NCBI RefSeq assembly: GCF_030144855.1
Contig: NC_082726.1
Coordinates: forward strand, 30,938,001-31,002,000
Reading direction: 5' to 3'
Origin: Hypanus sabinus
Taxonomy: Eukaryota
DNA length: 64,000 nt
Shown here: piece by piece, positions 49,127 through 62,750 of the stretch
Layout: every line of letters starts with the position of its first letter
How positions within the stretch are numbered: position 1 is the first letter of the stretch
Made by a program: the position numbers and the translations under genes
Notes under the pieces: generated by a model
The model's input: only the letters and a program-made list of their open reading frames with translations
Databases searched by the model: none
What the model was told of the DNA's origin: nothing

Positions 49127-50949
49127 GTTGTCATAGATCTCTTGGTGGCCTCCCTCACTAGTCCCCTTCTTGCATGGTCACGCAGTTTTTGAGGATGGCC
49201 TACTCTTGGCAGATTTACAGCTATATCTGCCATATTCTTTCCATTTCCTGACTCGTGCCTTTCAATAGCCTTTTTTGCAGAGTTGCTTGGAGTGTTCTTT
49301 TGTCTTTATAGCGTCGTTTTTGCCAGGATACTGACTCATCGGCAGCTGGATCTTCAGGTTTACTTTTAACACAGTCAATTGAAACACCTTGACTACAAAC
49401 AAGACTGCAAAAACAGATCTCCATTTAATTAATTATGTGACTTCTAAAACTAACTGGCTGCACCAGTGGTGATTTGGTCTGTCATATTAAGGGGGGGGGG
49501 TGCATACTTATGCAATCAATTATTTTGTGTTTTATATTCATAATTAATTTAGATCACTTTGTAAAGATCTATTTTCAGTTTGACACAGAAGTCTTTCTCT
49601 GTTGATCAATGTCAACAAAGCCAAATTAAATCCACTGTGATTGAATGTTGTAAAACAATAAAACATGAAAACTTCCAGGGGCGGGGGAGGTGAATACTTT
49701 TTATTGGCATTGTTTACATATTTTGATAATAAATTTACTTTGAACTTTGAGTACTGGCCCGGAGCCATCAAACACTCTTCAAACATTAACCTCTCCCCAT
49801 TCATTCCTGGGATCATACTCGTGAGCCTCCTCTGCACCCTTTCCTAAGACAGCACATCCATTGTTAGATAAGGGGCCCAATTCTCTAAGTACAGTTTGAT
49901 CAGTTACTTATAAAGTCTCAGCATTACATATTTGTTTCATATTTGAATCCTCTTGAAATGAATGCTAACATTGCATTTGTATTCCTTACCACTGGCTTAA
50001 TTTGCAAAGGGAAAGGTGCCCTTAAATCCCTGAAGGGCGTCGTGGCAAAAACACAATAGTATAAGCACACAAGGAAATAGCAGGCATAGACCACTTACCC
50101 CTCAAGTCTACTCCACCATTCAACATGATCATAGCTCAACCACCCGGGCCTTAATTCCCCTCTGTACCATTTTCTCATGCGCCTCAATTTGCTGGTCTTT
50201 TAAACATGTATCTACAATACCTCCTCTTATATACCCCATTGACCTAGTATGCACATTCATCTGAATGGAAAACTCCGAGCTCCTACTCACCTAAACTTTA
50301 AATGTCTCCCCTCTAACCTCATAATATTGCCCGTTAAACAAAGTCCCCCAGTAGTGGAAACATCGCAGTGTCTACCCTTCAACTTTCCAGCTCATGTTCA
50401 CAACACTGAACACACTACAGTGGTGCTCCATCACTGGTTAGACACCTGGAACTCCCCAACAGCAGCACACAAGGACTACAACTGTTCAAGTGACAGCCCA
50501 CCGTTACCTCCTCAAGGACAATTAGGAATTGGCAATGTTAGCCTAGGCATCAATTCTCAATCATACTAATGACTACAAAATTTCAAGTTTATTTGTGTAA
50601 ATACGCAAGGTATAAATGCAATGAAAATAAGCTTTTTTTGCATTAGCATTACAAGCATATGAACAAATCTAAATTGACATAAATGAAACATAATTTGCAA
50701 TGTGCAAAATAATAGAACAAAATCTATGTATCTAAATAATAACATGAGTGCAAGATTGAGAGAGAAAAAACATACCGTGGTAGTGTTAGTGTTCTTCAAG
50801 TTGTTTCGAGAACCTGATGGCAATGGGGAAGAAGCTGGTGTTGAACCAGGAGGCATGGGCTCCTGCACCTCCTCGCTGATAGACCATATGATGATGTAAG
50901 GCTCCATCATTGCCACACTCCGCACATTTATTCACGTGCACTGAAAATG

Positions 50950-51260
50950 CCGGGTGGCCAGGTGGAGTTATGTGTCTACCAAAGGAGGTATAAGTTACTC
51001 CTTCCCACAGCTAGCTGGCTTAGCCCCCCGATTAGGATCATGGGAGCAGCTGATACGTATCACAAGTCCTGGTTATGTGACTACTTTGTCAGTTAGACAA
51101 TCTCTGAAGAGTGCTGATAATAGGTGGGGTCACCTGTTTTGTAAAGACACTGCCCAGAAGGCGATGGCAAACTACTTCTGTGGAAAAATTTGATAAGATC
51201 AATGTCATGGGGACCGTAATCGCCTACATCATACACATGGTACATAATAATAATGACAAT
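50950..51260 (+). mobile_element. RTE-related SINE-like repeat
   Basis: gaaggcgatggcaaactac (resembles an RTE/Bov-B 3' motif) and (aat)n tail. Confidence 0.45.
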
Positions 51261-51904
51261 ACTAAAATACCTATTTCTATTGCTTCCTCTGTATGAACCC
51301 TTCTATTTCTGGGCATCCCATGTTATAATACAATCTGTGATCCCTGATCCTCAAGACAACTTGCTATCTGATTTCTATACTGTATTACCTTTCTTATTCT
51401 TTCCCCTACATCTAGTTCATAGTCCCTCATAGGCCTTCTTAACCAAATTGGTTGGAATCCCAATCTCCACTTTGTACAATTTCATCCCTTAGCCTCCACT
51501 CTGCTCCCACTCCAGAACAGCTACCGTTTCTCAATAAAGATGTCACCATTCTCCAGTAACTCCATAAAATGTTCAAATTAAAAGGGTAAAACAGATTAAT
51601 CAAGATATAATTAGACTTAGCAATGCCTGGTAGAATTTAATATGGATTGTGCGGACAGATACCTTTGGCAAATCAATCTAAATGGTAAAGAAAGAAAACT
51701 GCATTTTGATTTTATTGCTTTGATCCTCACAATACACAATACCAAAAAGACTGAATTAATCCTTTAAGGAATAATTTGTTCTTTTCAATGAAATATTGCA
51801 AAGGAATCCTGACTGTTTTTGCCCAAATATTGTATTAACTTACTGTTTAACGTTGATCATATTTGTGCTTTCTACCAATAGAATGTCATAGGTAACAGTA
51901 ATGT

Positions 51905-53250
51905 TCAAAGTTCAAAGTAAAATCTATTATCAGAGTACATACATGTCACCACATACAACCCTGAGATTCTTTTTCTGCAGGCCTACTTAGCAAATCTATA
52001 GAACAGTAACTGTAAACTGTAAACGTCAGGAACTGTTATCTGTAAACAAACTGTGCAAATGCGGATATAAATAAATAGCAATAAATAATGAGCACGAAAT
52101 AACAATATAATAAAGTCCTTAAATGAGTGTAGCTATCCCCTATTGTTCAAGAGCCTGATGGTTGAAGAATAGTAACTATTCTTGAACCTGGTGATGTGAG
52201 TCCTGAGGCACCTGTACCTTCTACCTGATGACAGCAGCAAGAAAAGGGCATGGCCTGGGCAGTGAGGATCTTGATGATAGATGCTGCTTTTCTATGGCAA
52301 AGTTTCATGTAAATGTGCACAATGATTGGGAGGGTTTTGCCTGTGATGTGCTGGGCCAAATCCACTACCTTTTGTAGGATCTTCCACTCAAAGGCATTGG
52401 TGTTCCAATATCAGGCCATAATGCAGCCAGTCAGCACATTTTCCACCACACATCTAAAGAAATTTGCCAAGGTTTTCAATGACATGCCGAACCTCCGCAG
52501 ACTCCTGAGGAAGTAGAGGCACTGCCGTGCATTCTTTACAATAATATTTGTATGATGGGTCCAGAATAGGTTCTTCAGGATAGTGACACCCAGGAATTTA
52601 AAGTTGTTGACCCTCTCCACCTCTGATTCTCCAATGATTACTAGCTCATGGACCTCTGGTTTCACTCTCCTGACATTGAGTGAGAGGTTGTTATTACACC
52701 ATTCAGCCAAGTTTTGAAGCTCCCTCCTCTATGCTGGTTCTTCATCCCCTTTGATACAGTGCACAACAGTGGTGTCATCAGCAGAACTTATGTTGGAGCT
52801 GTACTTAGCCACACAGCTAGGGTGTAAAGCAAGTAGAGAAGCGGCTAATCACACATCTCTGTCCAGTGCTCCTGTGCTGATGGAGACTATAGAGGAGATA
52901 TTTTTACCAATCCAAACTGACTGGGGTCTACAAGTGAGAAAATCCAGGATCCAATTGCACAAGGGAGTATCGAGACCCAGGTCTTGGAGTTTACTGATTA
53001 GTTTTTAAGGGATGATGGTGTTAAATGCCAAGCTGTAATCAATAAACAGCATCCTGATGTATCTTTGCTGCCCACATATTCCAGCGTTGTGTGAGGAACC
53101 AATAAGATAGTATCTGCTGTGGACCCATTGCTTTGGTAGACGAATTGGAGCAGATCCAAGTTGCTATTCAGACAGGAGCTGTTATGCTTCAATGCCAGCC
53201 TCTCAAAACACTTCATCACTGTGGATGTAAGTATCACAGGGTGAGAGTCA
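51905..53250 (-). mobile_element. Rex1/Babar LINE fragment
   Basis: LTSTVMKCFERL, FKFLGV...ARQCLYFLRSLRRFG; (gttcaaa)n tail at 51903. Confidence 0.85.
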
Positions 53251-54229
53251 TTTCACTTTGACAAAATAAGGGTTTCTGTTTAAAACACAACTGGCAGACT
53301 CCTGTACCGAGAAAGATCATGCTGAAAGGTATCAGTAGGCATGGTGCCTGTATCATCATCATTGGCTGAATGGTGTAATAACAACCTCTCACTCAATGTC
53401 AGGCGAGGGAAACCAGAGGTCCATGAGCTAGTAATCATTGGAGAGTAAGGAAAATGGCAATGATTTTATCCAAGTCATTTAATGAATGTGCACAATATAG
53501 ATGTGCATATCACGTGATCACAGGGCATCCTGAAATACTTCATGGCCACTGTGTACTCAGTGCTGGACTGAGCAAACACAGAATCTGATTTATGCAGAAA
53601 CATCCCACAAACAATAAGTTGGTAATCTGACAGCCTGTTTTGGTGGTTGGTTGAGGGACAATCAGTGTGTAGACCATAGAAGTGTACTTCCCTGTTCTTC
53701 TTTGACCAGGATTTTATCTGAGATTCATTCATTTGGGCAGCTTCTATTGCTCTGCCCAGGGGCTTTCAGGGAGGCAGCTGTGGATTAACAGAGCAACAGG
53801 GCTAGTAATGTCTCAGGCAGCTGACTGGAGTCAGAATTTCTGATATGTTGTTCAATTTTTCTGATCCTGAGGGAACATTCAGTATCTCAACCCTCAGTTC
53901 AGTAACTTTTAAAGACATTTCAATCCTGCCTTACAAAATTGTCAGAATGAGATGTGATAAGCTGTCCAAATCCAATGGTAGGTTCTAGGTAACCCAATCA
54001 ATGAGGAAAATCATTCCTGAAAAACCAATGTGCCTATCTGCTGGAACACTGCAATATTGCCCTTAATGAACCGCTCCTCTGCATGGTTACTGCATCCATA
54101 TTAAAGTCCACTTCCTTGTATTGAAATCCCCACACAGTCCTCCTCCTCCTATCTTTGAAACCTCACCCAGCCCAGCAATACGCTGAGATCTTTATCTTCC
54201 TCTATCCCTGGCTTCCAAAATATCTAGAC

Positions 54230-54692
54230 TCCTTTCTCCTCTTCCTACCCAAAACACAATTACCTATAACTCTTCTCTAGCATATGTATCTACTTATATT
54301 CTCCACTCTGACCTCTTCTCCTCAACTGCCTATCATCTCCCCCAGTGTCCCTCTTCCTTCATGTTCCCCATGGTCCACTCTTCACTTCTATCAGATTCCT
54401 ATTTCCCCAGCCATTTGCCTTTTCAACTTATCACCAACCCAGCTTCTTACTTCATCCCCCCCCCCCTCCCATCTGGCTTCATTTATCACCTTCCAACTTA
54501 TCCTCCTCTTTCTTCCACCACCTTATTCTGGCTTCTTCCCTCTTCCCTTCTTTTCCAGTCCTGATGAAGCGTCTCAGCCCAAAGCATCGACTGATGATTC
54601 TTTTCCATAGAGGCTGTCTGACCTGCTGATTTTCTCCAACATTCTGTGTGCACTTCTCTTGATTTCCAGCATTTGCAGAATCTCTTGTGTTT
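54230..54692 (+). mobile_element. Penelope 3' UTR and pseudo-LTR with degenerate hammerhead motif (54556-54593)
   Basis: Pyrimidine-rich UTR equivalent to the reverse complement of 17750-18060; cagtcCTGATGA...gactg and family body. Confidence 0.75.
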
Positions 54693-55399
54693 ATTACCTA
54701 TAATTGCCGAGGACTGAACCCCTAGAATTCCCTCCCAAACCCTGCCTAACCACTCAAATGGGCCAATAACCAATACCGTCAGAGGCTGGATACTTCACGA
54801 CAATCTTGCTCCCCTTCTGGCCGGACGTTTGCAACAATGCTCAAGAAGCTTGACATCGTGCAGGACAAAGCAGCCCACTGGACTGATACTGCCACACTCA
54901 CTGCAGCCTGATACAATGATGATGGTTAATTAGAGTTAGAGAACTGTACAGTACAGAAATGGGCCCTTTTAACCCACCTTGTCCATGCCAATTGTAACGC
55001 CCGTCTGTGATAATTCCATCTGCCTGCTCGAACCTATATCCCTCCAGGTACCTGCACAAACACCTTTTAAACATTGTAATTGTATCTACCTATATCACTT
55101 CCTCTGATAACTGATTATACATAACACCCACCCTCTGTGTGAAAAAAATTAACCCTCAGAAGTCCCTTAAACTTCTCTCATCCCATCTTAAATCTTCCAT
55201 TTCTAGATTCCCTGCCCTGGGATAAAACAAAAATGACTATTCCTCTCAGAATTTTATAGGAATCTACATTGTTTATTTGTTTGTTTCATCTACAAAATGC
55301 CCCATTTACTCACCCAGACCCATCTGACAGCAACTCCAAACTCTGCAATGTCTACGAGAGTACAAGTGCATGATAATATCATCTCTTTTCCACCTTTGG

Positions 55400-55760
55400 C
55401 AGTCCCTGTCAGACTCTCTCTGTCAGTACCTGCTTTGCACATCTCTTCCCACCTATCCCTCTCTGACACTTGACACTTCCCTCTGCAACTGCAGAATTTG
55501 TGACACCAGTTCCTACACCTTTTCCCTTACCTAAACAGCCCTTACAGGTGAGGAAAAGATTTACATGCACATGCTCCAACCTTGTTTATTGCATATGGTG
55601 TAGCTGATGTGGTCTCTTCTATATAGGTCAAGCAGAGCACAGAGTAGGTGATCAGCTTGCAGGGCACCTGAACTCATCCGAAAAGGCTATCCCAAACTCC
55701 TTGCTAATGCAATATCAACTCCCCTAGCATCCCATCCAGCTGTTAACCACACATTTCAGC
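55400..55760 (+). mobile_element. Penelope GIY-YIG fragment
   Basis: QVRKRFTCTCSNLVYCIWCS*CGLFYIGQAEHRVGDQLAGHL. Confidence 0.75.
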
Positions 55761-56164
55761 TACCATATGCCCCCCCCCCCATCATTCATCTGTCCCCTAA
55801 TGATTCCCATGGTTAGCAAATTAAGCACTGGTATCCTTACAGAACAGTACAGTATAGGGACAACCTCTTCACTTCCTGATTTAGCTGATATATTTAATTA
55901 AACTAATCCTATCTGCCTGCATATATTCCATATCTCTCTGTTCTCTGCATTTCATGAATCTACCCAAGAGCCTCTGAAAAGCCTCTACTGTGCTTGCCTC
56001 CATCACCAACCCTGGCAACACATTCAACACACCTTCCACTCTGTAAAATAAACTGGTCCTGCACATCTTTGAACCTTCACCCTCCCTCAATTGCATGCCT
56101 TCTAGAATATAGAACACAGAATATCACAGCACAGGACATGTCCATAATGTTGTACAGAACTAAT

Positions 56165-56885
56165 TCAACTCCTATCTTTAAGAAGGGAGGGAGGTAGAAG
56201 AAAGGAAATTATAGGCCAGTTAGCCTGACTTCAGTGGTTGAAAATATGTTGGAGTCTATTATTAAGGATGAGGTTTTTGGATACTTGAAGATGCATGATA
56301 AAATAAGCCAAAGTTAGCATGATTTTCTAAAGTGGAAATCTCGCCTGACAAACCTGTTGGAATTCCTTGAGGAAACAACAGGCAGCATAGACAAAGGAGA
56401 GTCAGTGGATGTTGTTTATTTGGATTTTCATAAGGCCTTTGACAAGTGCCATACATGAGGCTGCTTAACAAGAGCCCATGGTATTATAGGACAGGTACTA
56501 GCATGGATAGGAAATTGGTTGACTGGCAGGAGGCAAAGAGAAGGAATAAATGTGGGCTCTCTCTGGTTGGCTGTTGGTGACTGTTGGAGGGCTGTAGGGG
56601 TCAGTGTTGAGACTGCTTCTTTTCATATTGCATGTCAATGATTTGGATGAAAGAATTGATAGCTTTGTGGCCAAGTTTGTGGATGATACAATGGGAGGTG
56701 GAGGCCGTGTCATTGAGTATACTTAAGGCAGAGGTTGATAGATTCTTGATTAATCAGAGTGTCAAAGGTTATGGGGAAAAGGTAAGAGAATGTGGTTGAG
56801 AGGGATAATATATAAGCAATAACATATCAGCAGAGCAGAATCAATGGACCAAATGATCTAATTCTTTTTTATCTTATTGTCTTCC
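56165..56885 (+). mobile_element. CR1 LINE RT fragment
   Basis: TPIFKKG..GNYRPVSLTS, VDVVYLDF, KFVDDT. Confidence 0.85.
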
Positions 56886-56989
56886 TAATTAATCTAATCC
56901 CTCCTTTCTAACCATATCCCTCCTTTCTCTGCGTATTCATGTGCCTATTTAAGAGTCTCTTAAATGCTCCTATATGCTAACTGTGTTTA

Positions 56990-59900
56990 CCACCAACTCT
57001 GGCAGCGCATTTCAGGCCTCCACCACTATGTAAAAAACAACTTTGCCTTTTACATCCCCTTTGTATTTTCCTCCTCTCTTCTTCAATACATGCTCTCTGG
57101 TACTAGACAATGCAATCCTGGGATGAAAGATACTGTCTATCTACTACATGCAAGCCTCACATCATGTTATCAACTTTAACAAATTGCCCCTCGGATTCTA
57201 CCACTCCAGAGAAAACAGCCTCAGTGTGACCAACCTCTCCTCATACCTCATACCCTGCAAACCGAGCGGCATCCTGGTAAACATCCTCTGCACCCTCTCC
57301 AAAGCTTCCATATCCTTCCTGTAATTGAATGTAATACTCTCAATGTGGCCTATCCAGAATTTTATAAAGCTATACATAACTTCTTGGTTCCTGAACTCAG
57401 TCCTTCAACTTGTGAAGGCAAGCACACCACAAAACTTTCTTTACCATTATCAATCCTTGCTGCTACTTTTAGGGAGCGATGTACAGTGTCTCTACCTCAA
57501 AATCCCTCTGTTCGTCAATGCTGTTAAGCATCCTGCTGTTAACTCTGTACTCTGCCTTTATGCAGGAACTCCCAAAATGCAGCACCTTACACTTGCCTGC
57601 ATTAAACTCCATCTTCCACTTCTCTCAGCGTATCGGCAACTGATCTATGTCCTGCTGTATCCCATGCAATTCAGAATGCCAACTATCTTTATATTATCTG
57701 CATACTTACTCACCCAACCAACCACATCTTAATCCAAATATTTATATAAGAACAGAAGTCCAGTATTCTCAGACCCTCACCCAGAATAAAGCCACCCACT
57801 GCTACAGTCTGTCTTTTAGCCAATTTGGATCCAATCAGCCAAGTCACTACAGATGCCATGCATCCTAACTTTCTTGATAAGCCTGTCATGTAGGACCTTG
57901 TCAAATGCCTCACTAAATTCCAAGTGCCTCTGCAATACGTGGTGGCACTTGTGGGCTGAACCCAGCACATCTTTCGGTTGTGTTGGTTGTTAACACAAAT
58001 TTCACTGCATGTTTCAATGTATATGTAATAAACTAATGAATCTGAATTTGAATCCGTAGCTCTACCTTCATCGCCTCCTCGAAAATCTCAGATTAGTCAG
58101 GCATGACCTGTCCCACACAAAGCTATGTTGACTGTCCCTAACTAGACCTGGCTTCTCTAAATGCTCATCAATCCTATTCTTATGATTTCTGTCCATTAGT
58201 TTCCTACCACTGATGCAAGACTTACTGGTCTATATTTTCTAGGATTATCCCTTTTCGCCTTCTTGAATGAAGGAACAACATTAGCTACTCCAGTCTTCTG
58301 GCACCATACCTGTGGCTAAATGATACAAAGGTCTTGGTCAAAGCCCCAGCAATCTAATCCCTTGCATCTCTTGATGATCAGGAGTACAGTACATCCCGTC
58401 GGATTCTGGATACTTATCCACCTTAATGTTTTTCAAGAAACCCAACACTACCTCTTTCCTAATTTCAAAATGCCCTAGCACGCTTCACTCTGACCTTACT
58501 AACCTTTACATCCTTCTTCTTAATTACTGACCAAAATACTCATTCAAGATTTTGCCCACATTCTCTGTCTCAAAGCAAAAGTTCCCTCCGTTGCCTTTGA
58601 GCAGTCCTACCATCACCCTAGTTATCCTCTTGATGTGTGTGTAGAATGCCTTGGGATTCTCCTTAATCCTACTCAAAGACATTTCATGACCCTTTCTGGT
58701 TCTCCTAAGTCACATCTTGAGTTACCTTTCGGTTCCTTTATAACTCTGGAGTGCTCTGTTCAAGTCAACTTCCTAAGCCTTATATACACTTTCTCCTTCT
58801 TCTTGACTAAATTAACTTCTTTTGTCATCCAAGGTTCCTGTACCTTGCCATCCTTGTTCTTCCATCTTACTGGAACAAACCAGTACAGAACTCCGCGCAA
58901 CTAGTCATTACTTAATCTCCACACAAGTCAGATGTGGATTTGCCTGAAAACAACTTTTCCCAATTAACACTCTATTGCTTCTGTCTGATGCCTTCATAAT
59001 TTGCCCTCCCCATTCTAATACTTTCCTGCAAGGACAATGCCTATCCTTATTCATATGTATCTTAAAGCTTGAGGAGTTGTGTTTCTCAAGTGTTCACCCG
59101 CTAATCTGGCAAGTCTCATTCCCAGTACAAGAATCAGTATAGCCTCCCCTCTAGATGGACCATCCACATACTGCTACAGAAAACCCTTGTAGACATACCT
59201 AACAAATTCTGCCTCATCTGAACCTTTTGCACTTAGGAGTCACTTGTTGTCTTTTCTCATTTCCACAATCCTTCTGCATATCTTCTCCTCTGTGTCCCTC
59301 TGGCTATCGGGGGGGGGGGGGGGGTTGTAGTATTGACCCATGAAAGTGATGGCACATTTCTTATTTTGAATTCTACCCATATAGACTCTGTCAATGTGCC
59401 CTCCATTTCCTCCTGTCTGAGTACAGCTGAGATATTATCCCTGACTAGTAACATAACTTCTTCCCCTTTTATTTCCTTTTAAAACATCAAAATAAACCCT
59501 GGAACATTAGCAGCTAGTCCTGTCCCTGTTTTAAGCAGGTCTCCATTAATTGCTCCAAATGAACTTAGGACATGTACTAATTCGAAGAGAAAACAACCCT
59601 AGAGCAACACACAAAATGCTGGAGGGATTCAAATGGTCAGGCAGCATCTACAGAGAGGAATAAACAGTTGACATTTTGGCCCAAGACCCTTCATCAGGTC
59701 CAGCATCTTCAGAATCTTGTGTCAAAACAACCCTAGTTTGTCCAACTGTTCTTGACAGCTCAAGCCCTTTAATTCAAGCAGTGTTCTGATAAACATCTTT
59801 TGCACCCTCTCTAAGGCCTCCATATCCTTTCTATAATATGGCTAGAGAGGACACAAAGATTTTGGTTAAGGTCCCAGCAATCTTACCTCGTCTCTCTCAA

Positions 59901-60430
59901 TACTGGAGATAAATCCCATCAGAACTTCACCAGTTCAGATGCAACACAACCTTTTTGTAAGGCCAAGTTGCTCTCCAGCACCAGCCTTTTACCCATGCGC
60001 TCATCTGTTCAAACTTCCAATTTCTAAACTCACTAGCACATGGCACAGAGAGTATTCCAAAGATTACATAGAGGCCCTGCTTTTCAACTTTATACACAAA
60101 CTCCCTAAATTCCCTTTACTGGACCACATTTCTGTTCTTTCTTATGTAAATTAGTACCAATATGAACCATGATCTCTGGCTGCTTGTTCTTCTCTTTCAG
60201 AATGTTCGATATTTGCTCAAAGACATCCATGACAATGGCAACGACCCACCATCTGATAGTCTCGCTTGCAGCCACAGAAACTCCAGTCTGCCCTTTGACC
60301 ACTATCAATTTGGCTGAATCTGCCACTTTCTTCTGCGGTCGTTAGATAGGGGAATAGCCACTGGGAACTCCTGCACTGTCTACCTTTTCTGGGAATCACC
60401 CATCTATAGCTGGCTGAACCTGAAGGGTGA
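56990..60430 (-). mobile_element. Degraded CR1 LINE(s) with small nested repeats, including a Penelope copy at ~59600-59725
   Basis: LLVRDNISAV...ESIWVE (EN), QPEIMVHIGTN (ORF1 esterase), RT remnants at 57.6-58.3 kb. Confidence 0.75.
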
Positions 60431-62750
60431 TTATTGCCTTCCCCTTTCCTCCGCTCACTTCCCTTCCCATTCTCCTCTGACCTCCTTCTTAATCCCCAGC
60501 CTCTTCTTTTCTTCCCATTCCGCCACTGCTCTCTTCTTTTTCCTTCATATTTTCCCTTTTAGTCTCCAGCAAACACCTCTTCTCCACTTCCGTTTCCTCT
60601 CACCCCTTCCTACATTCCTTCCCCTTTCATCTCAACTCTCTCCCCCATCATTGCCCTTTTTCCCCCCTCCTATCTACATTCCTTCTTCCCCTTCGGTCCA
60701 CCTTTCTCCCCTCCCTCCCTTCATTCTCTTTGTCTCAGCCCACACGCACCAACGTTCCCCATTCTTCTTTTACCCACCCTCTCTTCTTTCTCCTTTTCCC
60801 GTTAAGTCCTTCCCTTTATCTCCTCACTTATCCCTTCCATCATTCTCTCTACCCCTCTACCCCTCTCACAAACTTCTCCTTATCCCTTGTGCTCTTCCTG
60901 TCCCAACACTTCCCCTCCCAGCTCTTCCTCTAACCTCCACTCTCCCCCATCCTCTTTACCCTCTCCTCCACCCTCCCTCATCTCACCCTCTCCCCAAAAC
61001 TCCCCTCCATACCCCTCTCCCCCACGACCCTCACCATCTTCACCTCACCCCAACCCTCCCCTTCCCCCACTCCTCATCTTCATTCTTCTCCCTCAGCCAA
61101 CCCCTTCTCTCCTCCCCCATTGATCCAACCCCTTGTTTCCCTCATCCATCATACCCAAACCACCCTTTCTTACCTCGTACCACAACCCTCTCCCCAACAA
61201 CCCTCATTCGCCTCTTCAACACCCTCTCCCCACGCCCTTCCACACAAACCTTTCCTCCCACAATCTTGAACCCTTTCTTGCCATGATCCTCTCCCCCCAT
61301 CCCTGTTCCTCTGATCTTCCTCCCCCTCTATTCCATCCTCCTCCTATCCCCTCTCTTGCTTGCTGACCCTCTTCATCCCACATTCCAATCACTCCCTTCC
61401 CCTCAAACTTATCCACTCCCCAACAATCCTGCTCCCTCACATACCTCTCATTTCCCCACCCCTTCCATACCCCCCTCTTCCATCACTCAGATCCTCCACC
61501 GTTCTCTTTCATTGTCCTTTACACCATCCACTTCCAACCCTCCCCTCCGACTGCCTTCCCACCACCCCTTCACTCCTGCCATAAACTACCCTTCTTGTTA
61601 CTACAAACCCAGCCTCTCCACTCACTGCTCCTATACTCACCCTCCCCTCCACTCTACCCTACCCCCCATCCACACACTCTCCCCGATCCTTCATTCCCTC
61701 TCACACCTTCACTTCCCTCCCCCTCTCTTGTCTCTCCAACCCCTACCTTCGGCCTCCTCCACTCCCTACCCCCTCCTCCACTCCCTACCCCCTCAATCAC
61801 ACTGGTCATTCCTTTCCTCTACACTCACCTTCCCCTATCCCTAACTCCTCAACCCTTGCCCCCACTCTCTCTTCCCCACCCCTCCCTCCCTTCCCCTCCG
61901 TATTTCCTGATCACCCTGCCATCTTGTCCCTCTCTCCCACTTCCCTTCCCCATCATCATCTTGCTCTCATCCCCACTCTCCCCTCCACCCTCACCTCTTG
62001 TCACCATCTCCACTACCCCTTCCTCAACTCCTCACCTCCCCTCCATCACCCCCACCCTCTCTACCCTTCTTTCCACTTCACTTACCCCAACTATCCCCTC
62101 TGCTCTTACAGCTCACCCTCCAATATCTTGCTCCCACCCTCCCCTCCCAATCCTCACCATTCCCTGACACCCATCCACTCCCCTCCATATTCCCCACCAT
62201 CTTCATCCTACCTCTCTGTTCTATGCCTCACTTGCTTTCCTCCTCCTTCCTTCCTCCACCTCTCACACTCCTCTCCCCCTCCCATTTCCCTGCCTTTCTT
62301 TCCCCTCGCATCACCCCTTCCCACCCCATCCTTTCCTCCCCCTCAGTCTCCCCAAACTCTTTACTACACCATATCACCCCCCCCCCCCCTTCAGTCGCCC
62401 TACACCCTTCACTCTCCGGTGTCTGCTCACACCCTTTACTGCCTCTCATCACTACATCCTCAGTCTCCCCACACGTTACTCCCCCAACCCTTCACTATCC
62501 CCTCCTTACACCCTCTATACCCCTCCCCTCATCTTGCTCACTATCCTCCGCTCCCCTCACCTCTGCCTCATTCACTCCAACAATCCCAAACCTCCCCTCC
62601 CCCGCCTTCCCATCCCCTCATCCTCTATCCCACTCTCCTTTCCCTTTACCCTCCATCCATCCCTCCAATGCCCTCTACCTTCATTCATTCCTCCCTCCCC
62701 TCTCTCTCCATTGCCTCACTCTCCCCTCCCCCATCTCCTCCCCTACCCTC
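60430..62750. repeat. 2.3-kb low-complexity C/T-rich, G-depleted tract
   Basis: Plus strand almost devoid of G, dense C runs, no fixed period seen. Confidence 0.95.

Larger units (their letters stand above)
43596..49712 (-). mobile_element. Tc1-family DNA transposon with long IR/DR-type TIRs, interrupted by a BEL element
   Basis: TIRs of about 215 bp starting cagtgcctataaaaagtattca and ending tgaatactttttattggcattg; minus-strand SDETKIELFG, QQDNDPKH, SPDLNRIENLW; sits within a LINE 3' tail. Confidence 0.9.
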
